The notes under the pieces are model-generated. The model had not been told where the DNA came from. It was given only the letters and a program-made list of their open reading frames with translations, and searched no databases. 64,000 nucleotides of DNA from contig OZ246414.1 of NCBI GenBank assembly GCA_965231125.1, positions 827,239 to 891,238 on the forward strand, given 5' to 3'. The DNA comes from an uncultured Gammaproteobacteria bacterium (GTDB lineage Bacteria > Patescibacteriota > Microgenomatia > Woykebacterales > RBG-16-39-9b). The position numbers and the translations under genes were made by a program. Positions 1 through 7,459 of this stretch are shown one piece after another (position 1 is the first letter of the stretch; each line of letters begins with the position of its first letter).

Positions 1-242
1 TCTCCACTTTTTTCTTTCGGAAGGCTTACAAATTCTGCCGGTTTTTTCGCCAGCAAAGCCGCTGCCTCTTCCTTCACAATCCTCAGACATTTTGTACAAA
101 GGGAAAAACTTCTGTGTCTACCGGCAATAGAAAGCGTAGTCTTATGAAGATTTGGATAGCTTCTCTTTTTTGTTCGCCGGTGAGAATGCGAAACATTCAT
201 GCCCACCTGCAAACCTTTTCCGCAACGGTCACATCGGTTCAT
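1..242 (-). CDS. rpmB: 50S ribosomal protein L28, partial. The 3' end runs off the window.
   Basis: Reverse-strand translation from ATG at 242 gives MNRCDRCGKGLQVGMNVSHSHRRTKKRSYPNLHKTTLSIAGRHRSF..., which matches the L28 family pattern (C-x-x-C...SHSxxxTKRRxxPNL). No stop occurs before position 1. Confidence 0.55.
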   Translation of the reverse strand, partial: MNRCDRCGKGLQVGMNVSHSHRRTKKRSYPNLHKTTLSIAGRHRSFSLCTKCLRIVKEEAAALLAKKPAEFVSLPKEKSG

Positions 243-307
243 AATTGTTACTTGTCACCTATAACTTATTACTGATAGACTATACCAGAGCCGTCAACCC
301 GGCAGAT

Positions 308-973
308 ATGTCCGATTTTATTTCAACCCAAAATCCAATAACAATTTTTGTCGCCGTTAGTCTCTTTATTGCTACAATTGCCGCTCTGGTTAGCGTCCAT
401 GAGGCTTCTCACGCTTGGATGGCGAACAAGCTGGGAGACCCAACGGCAAGGTATCAGGGCAGAATCAGCCTTAACCCTCTTGTTCACATTGACCCCTTAG
501 GGACGGTGATACTTCCTCTTATCTTGATAGTCACTAGTGTAGTTACTCACAGTCCGCTTTTTCTATTCGGTTGGGCTAAACCAACCCCTTTCAACCCTTG
601 GAATTTAAAAAACCCACGGCGCGACGCCGCCTTAATTTCCTTCGCCGGCCCAGTCTCCAACTTTATTCTGGCGGCAATATTGGCGGTAGTTTATCGCCTC
701 TTTGGAGGTTTCAACGAACTTTTAGCGAGCTACTTTCAATTTTTGGTGTATCTGTCTTTGGTGCTTGGTATCTTCAACTTAATACCAATTGCGCCTCTTG
801 ATGGGTTTAAAGTCGTCGCGGGTGTACTTCCAAGGGATCTAGCGGCTCGTTGGCAAGAGTTGGAAAGTATTGGCCCATTTTTACTAATCGCCTTAATTTT
901 TCTAGGCGGTCCCCTGATACAGCCGATTATTAGTTTTATTCTCGGTTTCTTTTTGAAAATTTTAATTGGTTAG
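308..973 (+). CDS. Site-2 protease family (peptidase M50) membrane zinc metalloprotease. Start could instead be the ATG at 245.
   Basis: HExxH motif (VHEASHAWMANKLGD) in a polytopic membrane protein. The LNPLxHxDPLG-like segment is typical of the SpoIVFB/S2P family. Confidence 0.65.
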   Translation: MSDFISTQNPITIFVAVSLFIATIAALVSVHEASHAWMANKLGDPTARYQGRISLNPLVHIDPLGTVILPLILIVTSVVTHSPLFLFGWAKPTPFNPWNLKNPRRDAALISFAGPVSNFILAAILAVVYRLFGGFNELLASYFQFLVYLSLVLGIFNLIPIAPLDGFKVVAGVLPRDLAARWQELESIGPFLLIALIFLGGPLIQPIISFILGFFLKILIG

Positions 974-1270
974 CCAAGTAAGACTTCGCTAGCTTGGCTC
1001 TTGCACAAGGGTGTTAATTTCTCTATAATGGTCTTGCAGCAGGTGTTGATGGCGTAGCCGCCACCAGCAAATTTTTGCACCCTACTTTGAAGGAAAAGGA
1101 TGTTGGTTGTTTCTCCTTCTATTTTAAGATACTCGGGGCTAGTCCGAAGTGCTGGATATGCTTTGGCTATCTGGCCAGGATACCCACTTTAAGTCTCTCG
1201 GGGAACGTTACCTACATCTACCTCAAAGCAGGGTGGGAATAATTATTAACTCAGTAAAGGTTTGGTGAAA

Positions 1271-1308
1271 AACCCATCCTGAGCTTGTCGAACGGATGGG
1301 TTTTTCGT
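1271..1308. terminator. Bidirectional Rho-independent terminator between convergent genes.
   Basis: The sequence aaaaacccatcc...ggatgggtttttcg is a 9-bp GC-containing stem flanked by A/T runs on both sides. Confidence 0.55.
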
Positions 1309-1310
1309 TA

Positions 1311-2423
1311 TCACAGTGCTGTAAATTCAATTACGAAGGTGTTGGACCCGTCGGGATTTTTAACTGCTCCTGCCCCGACATCAATCTCATCAACTTCCCA
1401 GTTTGAAAGAATAACGTCCATATGTCCTGGACTATTGGTCCAATCGCTAATAGCCTGATCAAATGCAGTACTATCAGAATTCCAATTTCGCTCGATTACC
1501 TCACCCCATCCATTCGTAGTAATTCCACAATCAGTCAACGCTGTCTGCCCTGACCTTCCATCTGGACGAGTATGACTGAAAAGGATATCGGCTTCGTGAG
1601 CTCTGGTTCTTGCCGCTTGAACCATAAGCGGCTTTATAACTATGGTCTGTGAAAGACCTTGAGAACTCCTAGTTTCCTGAACCCATTGGTGAAGTGCGTC
1701 TTGCCAGGAGGCTTCGGTTGCAGTCGCGGCAGTTGAATTTGAGGTAACGGTTCCTTTGTAATAAAGTCGCAAGTGGTCTCCCGACGGAGAATAGACGTAA
1801 AAATCATACGGAGTCGAGGAATTAAGATCTACGAAAGTGTTTGAGGTTCCCGAAAGATTAAAGACCTCGCCGCCAACATTTGTATTTGTACCGGAGTTAG
1901 TTAAAAGAACACTGTAATTCGCTACGCCATTGCATGGCCCGCTTTTAAACGTCCCCTGCTGAAGTTTCGTTTTCGAACAATCCGGCCAGCAAACAACCCA
2001 ACTATAATTACGATTTGGGTAAAGATTCGTTAGGGTTGTGGAAGTACCACTAACCTGTCTAGGTGTACCGGCAACCACACAAAATGTGCCGCAATCATTA
2101 TCAAAAGCAACCACCGCGTAACTAATTCCTGTCCAAGAAAAGCTTACCTTGCCGGTTGAATCCGAAACTGCGTTTCCGGTAGCGTAATAATTATTCGTAC
2201 CGCCACACCCTGGTAAACAAACCTCCCACTTGTAAGAGAGTCCAGCTGGCTGGTTCGAAAGTACATAACTTTTGCTAGTTGTGGTTGTAATAACAAAGGG
2301 GATTTGCGAAGTGGCCGAGCATATAAAGCCGTACTTCTGAACAACCGATAAGACGTCCGCAATTGTTATCATGCCGTCGGCATTCAAATCGTATCTTTTG
2401 GAATAAGATGATTCTCCCTGCAC
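1311..2423 (-). CDS. Secreted protein with an N-terminal dockerin-like Ca-binding module, a Cys-rich middle and a C-terminal CAP/SCP (PR-1-like) domain. The likely true gene is 1311..2897, interrupted by an in-frame TAG (see findings).
   Basis: Dockerin-like repeat YDLNADGMITIADVLSVV. CAP-domain signature at the C-terminus (HTRPDG...GWGEV...SPGHMDVILSNW...VGAGAV). Confidence 0.6.
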   Translation of the reverse strand: MQGESSYSKRYDLNADGMITIADVLSVVQKYGFICSATSQIPFVITTTTSKSYVLSNQPAGLSYKWEVCLPGCGGTNNYYATGNAVSDSTGKVSFSWTGISYAVVAFDNDCGTFCVVAGTPRQVSGTSTTLTNLYPNRNYSWVVCWPDCSKTKLQQGTFKSGPCNGVANYSVLLTNSGTNTNVGGEVFNLSGTSNTFVDLNSSTPYDFYVYSPSGDHLRLYYKGTVTSNSTAATATEASWQDALHQWVQETRSSQGLSQTIVIKPLMVQAARTRAHEADILFSHTRPDGRSGQTALTDCGITTNGWGEVIERNWNSDSTAFDQAISDWTNSPGHMDVILSNWEVDEIDVGAGAVKNPDGSNTFVIEFTAL

Positions 2424-2943
2424 CGCACCAACTTTCGCTATTACTGTCTGAATATCCGCGGATGTAATTTTTTTATCTTTGTTAAAATCAGCTGGCCAAG
2501 AATCCTCCCCGACATCAGAACAATTATCATTCGGTAACGTACCAATAAAATTCTCGGCTTGATTTGTATAACCATCTTTATCAGAATCAAGGGATGTTGG
2601 GTAATAAATTCGGACAGCGTAACTAACTGGATTCCAATTTATGGTTTTAGAGACAGAACACCCCGAAGTTGCTGACCAACTTGCCGTACCTTGAGCAAAA
2701 TCACAACCAGCAGCTAAAGTTTTTAAATGGTTTCCCTAGGATTTATATTTAACTCCCCAAACTGTTAAGGGAATTAATACCAAAATAAAGACGGTGATTA
2801 AAAGAGTTAGCTGCTTTCTTAGAGAAAGAGATTCTAGAAGCTCAATCGGCTTTAGGATAATCTTTTCGATTTGCGAAGAGTTTGGCAGGGCAGGCATTAA
2901 TTAAATTTTAAGCTTGCAGAGAATGTCTGTCAAATATTAGGTG

Positions 2944-3018
2944 TGGCAGGCGCGGAGGGAATCGAACCCACGACCTCTGGTTTTGGAGACCAGCGTTCTA
3001 CCACTGAACTACACGCCT
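2944..3018 (-). tRNA. tRNA-Trp (CCA)
   Basis: Reverse complement folds as a cloverleaf with anticodon loop CUCCAAA. Acceptor stem AGGCGTG/CGCGCCT. The 3' CCA is encoded. Confidence 0.8.
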
Positions 3019-3064
3019 ACAATAACCCAAGGATTGGGCACAGGATTCGATAGTATGGAAGATA

Positions 3065-3229
3065 CTATTTTGTTTCTTTGTGTTCAGTCACTTTTTTACA
3101 ATGCTTGCAAAACTTCTTAGTGATAAGTCGATCCGGATCGTTAATCTTACTTTTTTCCGTGACGTAGTTTTGGTTTTTGCAAACGGTACATTGTAATGTA
3201 ACTATAATCCTTTTACCTTTTTTAGCCAT
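3065..3229 (-). CDS. rpmG: 50S ribosomal protein L33 (54 aa; below the ORF-track length cutoff).
   Basis: Reverse-strand translation: [54 protein letters not shown]. This shows the L33 C-x-x-C...C-x-x-C zinc ribbon and sits between tRNA-Trp and a tRNA cluster, as in many bacteria. Confidence 0.8.
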   Translation of the reverse strand: MAKKGKRIIVTLQCTVCKNQNYVTEKSKINDPDRLITKKFCKHCKKVTEHKETK

Positions 3230-3302
3230 AGTTTAAACTCCTTTATCAGTGAGCAGAACAAAGTGCTAATTATTGATATATTAATTTATTCAACAATCTA
3301 TC

Positions 3303-3377
3303 TGGAGCCGACGGTGGGAATTGAACCCACGACCTAACCCTTACCAAGGGTTCGCTCTGCCACTGAGCCACGTCGGC
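3303..3377 (-). tRNA. tRNA-Thr (GGT)
   Basis: Cloverleaf with anticodon loop UUGGUAA, T-arm GGTTCAATTCC, and encoded CCA. Confidence 0.8.
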
Positions 3378-3455
3378 AGGTTGAAACTGTGCTCTTAGCC
3401 CGATTAAATCGGGCGCAGCACGCTTTTAGCGGGCTACCACTGAGCCATCCGGGCA
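3378..3455 (-). other. tRNA-like 5' fragment (acceptor plus D-arm GCCCGGATGGCTCAGTGGTAG) followed by a conserved 33-nt core and a hairpin. It is not a foldable tRNA. It sits where tRNA-Gly would be expected.
   Basis: The D-arm sequence matches tRNA consensus. No matching 3' acceptor strand is present. The core CCCGCTAAAAGCGTGCTGCG is shared with the element at 3683-3775. Confidence 0.4.
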
Positions 3456-3541
3456 TGGTGCCGAGGGTAGGGTTCGAACCTACGTAGCCACAAGGGCGCT
3501 TGTTTTACAGACAAGTGCGTTTGACCACTCCGCCACCTCGG
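3456..3541 (-). tRNA. tRNA-Tyr (GTA), long variable arm
   Basis: Anticodon loop CUGUAAA, long variable arm, acceptor GCCGAGG/CCTCGGC, CCA encoded. Confidence 0.8.
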
Positions 3542-3550
3542 CGTGTTGGA

Positions 3551-3607
3551 CTGGAGCCGATCGTCGGATTCGAACCGACAACCTGCTGTTTAGAGCATGC
3601 CGACTCC
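3551..3607 (-). other. tRNA 3'-half fragment (T-arm GTCGGTTCGAATCCGAC plus acceptor 3' strand plus CCA). No D-arm or 5' acceptor is present.
   Basis: At 57 nt it is too short for a tRNA. It ends in ...GATCGGCTCCA and follows tRNA-Thr(TGT) directly. Confidence 0.4.
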
Positions 3608-3682
3608 GTGGAGCCGAGGAAGGGATTCGAACCCTTAACCTGCGGTTTACAAAACCGCTGCTCTACCGTTGAGCCACCTCGG
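3608..3682 (-). tRNA. tRNA-Thr (TGT)
   Basis: Cloverleaf with anticodon loop UUUGUAA, T-arm GGTTCGAATCC, CCA encoded. Confidence 0.75.
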
Positions 3683-3775
3683 CATGCTGCACCCCAACAA
3701 GTCGGGGCTAAAAACCGCTGCTCTTAGACCACAGGTCGCAGCACGCTTTTAGCGGGCTACCACTGAGCTAAGTCG
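3683..3775 (-). other. Second tRNA-like 5' fragment (GCCGACTTAGCTCAGTGGTAG) carrying the same 33-nt core. It ends in a hairpin plus U-run (CCCCGACTTGTTGGGG) just upstream of tRNA-Thr(TGT).
   Basis: It shares the core ...GGTAGCCCGCTAAAAGCGTGCTGCG...CTAAGAGCA with 3378-3455. The 3' part duplicates the D/anticodon-stem sequence of the adjacent tRNA-Thr (AGAGCAGCGGTTTT). Confidence 0.4.
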
Positions 3776-3870
3776 GCAACTGAATGTTTCCAGCTTACCA
3801 AAACCCAGGCATTATATCAAAAACACTCTAAGGCTTCAAGCTTAGTTTCTTTTATCTACTAACCCCATAG

Positions 3871-3898
3871 TTTGACTTGCTCGTTATTTTATGCTATA
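3871..3898 (+). promoter_or_regulatory. Consensus sigma70-type promoter (TTGACT-17-TATACT).
   Basis: Read directly: ttgact tgctcgttattttatgc tatact. Confidence 0.5.
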
Positions 3899-3995
3899 CT
3901 CCATCTCGTCTGCAGTGGACGAAAGGGCCACGGGACAAGGAGGTGGAACAATGCGCGACATCCACGTTTAGAACTGGACGAAGGGCGAGCGCACC

Positions 3996-4208
3996 ATGCC
4001 CATAACCCCTGAGGGAATGGCCGAAGCCATCGAGTTCTTTCTCGACGACGGCTTCAACCTGGCCATCACCCCCACCGATAAGGGGCAAGCGGGTCCTTGG
4101 ATGCAGATCGGACGCGATCGAGAAAGCGGTCGACTTTCGGTCTTCATCTACACAGCCGGAGGCAATCCCGCAGCAATGGCCTCCATTGAGCTGGTTGATT
4201 CCTCATGA
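3996..4208 (+). CDS. Hypothetical 70-aa protein inside a ~300-bp GC-rich island (~58% GC).
   Basis: ORF in a region of anomalous GC. It is preceded by a strong SD (AAGGAGGT) that serves a 6-codon uORF (MRDIHV*). Coding status is uncertain. Confidence 0.3.
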   Translation: MPITPEGMAEAIEFFLDDGFNLAITPTDKGQAGPWMQIGRDRESGRLSVFIYTAGGNPAAMASIELVDSS

Positions 4209-4277
4209 ATTAACCAGCTCCCAAATCCCCTTTACACTATTCCCCTTCTATGCTAGAATCAGGGCCGTTTAAATTTA

Positions 4278-4478
4278 ATGAGACTCATAAAAGGCGTTGT
4301 AAAATATTTCCAACAAGTTCGTCAGGAAACTTTAAAAGTAACCTGGCCGACCCGAGAGCAGACCATTAGGATGACTGCTCTTGTTATAATAGTAAGTGTT
4401 GCCCTTGGCGCCCTTATGGGCGGTCTGGATTACGTTCTTGCTAAAGTTATTAGCGCCGTGTTGCAAAGAACCGTTTAA
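4278..4478 (+). CDS. secE: Preprotein translocase subunit SecE
   Basis: A 66-aa protein with a single C-terminal TM helix, immediately upstream of nusG. The order tRNA-Trp / secE / nusG / rplK / rplA is the conserved arrangement. Confidence 0.8.
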   Translation: MRLIKGVVKYFQQVRQETLKVTWPTREQTIRMTALVIIVSVALGALMGGLDYVLAKVISAVLQRTV

Positions 4479-4484
4479 CTTAAG

Positions 4485-5108
4485 ATGGCTAAAAAAACAA
4501 AAACTTCTGAAAAAGAAAATAAAAAAGAAGAGAAAATTCAAGAACCTGCTGAAGTGGTTAAGGAACCCGCCAAAACGAAACCTTCAAAGGGCCGATGGTA
4601 CGTAGTGCATACGTATGCGGGCCATGAAAATAAGGTAGCGGCGACCCTTAACCAGAAGATAAAGGCTTCCAACCTTGGCGATAAGATTTTTGACGTACTA
4701 GTACCAACCCAAGAAAAAATTGAAATTCGCGAAGGTAAAAAGTACACTATTAAAGAAAAGATCTTTCCAGGCTACATTTTAGTAAATATGGACTTGGACA
4801 ATCTTTCTTGGTATTCTGTCCGCTCTACTGCCGGAGTGACTGGTTTTGTCGGAATTGGCAATAAACCGACTCCTCTTGAAGAAAAAGAAGTCGAAACCAT
4901 TCAGCAGTTTTCTAAGCTGGAAGCGCCCACTTACAAAGCAAGTTTTTCAATTGCTGAAGCGGTAAAAATTATTGATGGGCCTTTTGCCGACTTCATCGGC
5001 TCAGTTGATGAAATAAATGAAGAAAAAGGAAAGATAAAAGTTTTGGTTTCAATTTTTGGTCGAGAAACACCGGTAGAATTAGATTTTTTACAAGTCTCAA
5101 AGTTGTAA
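4485..5108 (+). CDS. nusG: Transcription termination/antitermination factor NusG, with a ~35-aa Lys/Glu-rich N-terminal extension.
   Basis: NGN domain (RWYVVHTYAGHENKV) and C-terminal KOW (GPFADFIGSVDEINEEKGKIKVLVSIFGRETPVELDF). Confidence 0.9.
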   Translation: MAKKTKTSEKENKKEEKIQEPAEVVKEPAKTKPSKGRWYVVHTYAGHENKVAATLNQKIKASNLGDKIFDVLVPTQEKIEIREGKKYTIKEKIFPGYILVNMDLDNLSWYSVRSTAGVTGFVGIGNKPTPLEEKEVETIQQFSKLEAPTYKASFSIAEAVKIIDGPFADFIGSVDEINEEKGKIKVLVSIFGRETPVELDFLQVSKL

Positions 5109-5174
5109 ATGAGAGACTACCGAATTATAATTTCGAGACCAAAAACTAGCTCAAGCGAAGCGGGGCGTCTATTT

Positions 5175-5226
5175 GGTCGAGAAACACCGGTAGAACTAGA
5201 CTTTCTACAGGTATCTAAACTCTAGT
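5175..5226 (+). repeat. Diverged 'ghost' duplicate of the last ~17 codons of nusG (FGRETPVELDFLQVSKL*), 66 bp downstream of the real stop.
   Basis: ttggtcgagaaacaccggtagaaCtagaCttTCtacaGgtAtcTaaaCtCtag versus nusG 5058-5108. The encoded peptide is identical and the differences are synonymous. Confidence 0.7.
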
Positions 5227-5375
5227 CAGTATTTAGTATATGGTATCTAGTATATTGTATCAAGCGATTTATACCAAATACAAAATACCAGATACAAAAT
5301 ACAAAATTTAAGAATGGCTAAAAAAGATAAGCAAAGCTTGCATTTTTGTCCTAGAAATTGTAGAAGGTTAAAACG

Positions 5376-5798
5376 ATGGCCAAAAAAGTAAAAACGTTGA
5401 TTAAACTGAATATTCCTGCTGGTGAGGCTACTCCTGGTCAGCCAATTGGTCCAGCGCTTGGTCAACATGGTTTGCCGATCATGGATTTCGTTAAAGCTTT
5501 CAATGAAAAGACCGCGGACCAAAAAGGTGACGTGTTGCCAGTGGTAATAACCGCCTACGAAGATAGAACTTTCTCTTTTATAACTAAGAAACCACCGGTT
5601 GCCGAATCCATAAAGAAAGCTTTAGGCCTTGAAAAAGGCTCCGGCGTCCCACAAAGGGACAAGGTGGGCAAGATAACAAAAGACCAAGTTAAAAAAATAG
5701 CCGAGAACAAAATGGAAGATTTAAACGCAAAGACTGTGGAAGCCGCAATGAATATCGTTGCCGGAACCGCAAAAAGTATGGGAGTCGACGTAGAATGA
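5376..5798 (+). CDS. rplK: 50S ribosomal protein L11
   Basis: [32 protein letters not shown]... is the canonical L11 N-terminus. Confidence 0.95.
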   Translation: MAKKVKTLIKLNIPAGEATPGQPIGPALGQHGLPIMDFVKAFNEKTADQKGDVLPVVITAYEDRTFSFITKKPPVAESIKKALGLEKGSGVPQRDKVGKITKDQVKKIAENKMEDLNAKTVEAAMNIVAGTAKSMGVDVE

Positions 5799-5846
5799 GT
5801 TTATTTTTTGGGGCTCCCAAATTTGTCAAAATTTGGGGTGGAGGTT

Positions 5847-6689
5847 ATGGGTAGACCAAGAATTAAAGTAATTGAAACAGCTCTAGAACCTAAAGCCGCT
5901 GAAAAGCTGGAAGAGAAAAAGCTGGAAATTTCAGAAGAGGCCAACAAAAAAGTTGTTAAACAGGCTAAGGCTGCAAAGAAAAATAAAGAAACAAAACCAA
6001 AGGTTCGAAGTAAGCGTTATGGTACAGCCCATGATTTAATTGACAAAACAAAAGACTACCCTATTAACGAAGCAATAGAGCTCATTAAGAAAACCTCAAC
6101 TGTAAAATTTGATTCAAGCCTTGAAGTGCACATTAATTTAAATGTTGACACTAGTAAATCCGACCAATTGATTAGAAAATCAATCAATTTGCCCTTTGGT
6201 AGCGGTAAAACTATTAGAGTGCTAGTTTTTGGTTTGGACTCTAAACAATCAAAGGATTCGGCAGTAGTGGCCGGAAGTGATAAAACGATAGACGAAATTG
6301 AAAAAGGCAAGGTAGATTTTGATAAAATAGTCTCAACTCCGGATTGGATGCCAAAACTTACTAAGGTGGCTAAAGTGCTCGGTCCAAAAGGCCTGATGCC
6401 AAATCCAAAATCCGGCACTATCACTGAAAACCCAGCTAAACTTTTGGAGGACCTTAAAGGCGGTCTGATCGAAGTGAAAGTTGAAAAAGAACCTATTATT
6501 CACGCAACTACCGGCAAAATTTCCTTACCGGACGAAAAGCTTGCCGAAAATGTAAAAACTCTGGTTTCCGAAATTCAAAAAGCAAAGCCAGAAAGCTTAA
6601 AGAAACCGCTGATCAAATCCGTCTACCTCTCCTCATCGATGGGACCTTCGGTTAAACTAGAAGTCTCCTCTCTTAGTCAAAACCCTTGA
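5847..6689 (+). CDS. rplA: 50S ribosomal protein L1 with a Lys-rich N-terminal extension. Start chosen at the ATG with a GGTGGAGG SD; the ORF is open from 5808.
   Basis: The L1 core (KRYGTAHDLIDKTKDYPINEAIELIKK...VHINLNVD...GKTIRVLVF) begins about 60 residues in. Confidence 0.85.
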   Translation: MGRPRIKVIETALEPKAAEKLEEKKLEISEEANKKVVKQAKAAKKNKETKPKVRSKRYGTAHDLIDKTKDYPINEAIELIKKTSTVKFDSSLEVHINLNVDTSKSDQLIRKSINLPFGSGKTIRVLVFGLDSKQSKDSAVVAGSDKTIDEIEKGKVDFDKIVSTPDWMPKLTKVAKVLGPKGLMPNPKSGTITENPAKLLEDLKGGLIEVKVEKEPIIHATTGKISLPDEKLAENVKTLVSEIQKAKPESLKKPLIKSVYLSSSMGPSVKLEVSSLSQNP

Positions 6690-6875
6690 CAACCTGTAGA
6701 ACTTAATTTATACTCCCCTTCGTACCGAAGACAGCTAGCATTTGCATAAGTCTAGCCGAGGACAGCTTAAGTAAAAAGTATAAAGTTAAAAGTAAAAATT
6801 TTTGACTTTTTCATTTTGAATTTTGACTTAAACAGCCTCGCTTCGGTGGGGTTTTTGCGTTTTAAGGAGTAACTA

Positions 6876-7427
6876 ATGGAAAACGAAGTAAAAAAGTCGC
6901 GAGCGCGAATTAAAAAAGAAGAAACAGTTGCAACTTTGGTTGAAAAGCTAGGGAGGGCAACCAGCATTGTTCTGGCCGATTACCAAGGTCTCTCGGCTTC
7001 TACTCTTTCCGAAGTAAAAAACCAACTTGAAAAAGAGGGAGCGGAGCTAACTGTTGCCAAGAACACTCTTCTATCTCTGGCAACGAAGCAAGCGGGAATA
7101 GAAGTACCCGAGGAGGCCCTGAAAGGCCCAACAGCTGCAGTCTTGGCCTATGATGACCCAATTACACCAATTAAGGATTTGGCCAAGTTTCAAAAGCAGT
7201 ACGAAAAACCTCTGCCAAAGATTGGATTTTTAGGAAGTGAGCTTCTCTCAGTAGAGAAAATTAGAGAGCTCGCCCTCTTGCCAAGCAAACAAGAACTACA
7301 AGCAAAAGTTGTTGGCTCTATTAGCTCCCCTATCTACGGAATTGTCGGGGTGCTCGGGGCGAACTTGAGAAACTTAGTTTATGCCTTGGACCAAATTGCT
7401 AAAAGTAAAGGAAATCCAAATGCTTAA
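6876..7427 (+). CDS. rplJ: 50S ribosomal protein L10
   Basis: L10 family sequence (ADYQGLSASTLSEVKNQLEKEGAELTVAKNTL). It is preceded by a structured leader (6700-6875) with the hairpin gcttcggtggggttttgcg. Confidence 0.9.
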   Translation: MENEVKKSRARIKKEETVATLVEKLGRATSIVLADYQGLSASTLSEVKNQLEKEGAELTVAKNTLLSLATKQAGIEVPEEALKGPTAAVLAYDDPITPIKDLAKFQKQYEKPLPKIGFLGSELLSVEKIRELALLPSKQELQAKVVGSISSPIYGIVGVLGANLRNLVYALDQIAKSKGNPNA

Positions 7428-7459
7428 ATCACATAATTCTGAATTTATATTGAAGGGAG

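Noticed and set aside
3500-3727. 75-aa + strand ORF across the tRNA cluster
   Set aside because: It is read through four tRNA genes or fragments on the opposite strand. It has no SD. It is a run-on of tRNA sequence.
3900-4200. RNase P RNA, tmRNA or SRP RNA in the GC-rich island
   Set aside because: None of the universally conserved motifs (GGAAAGUCCGG, tmRNA tag ORF plus T-arm/CCA, SRP GNAR/AGCAGCCA) are present.
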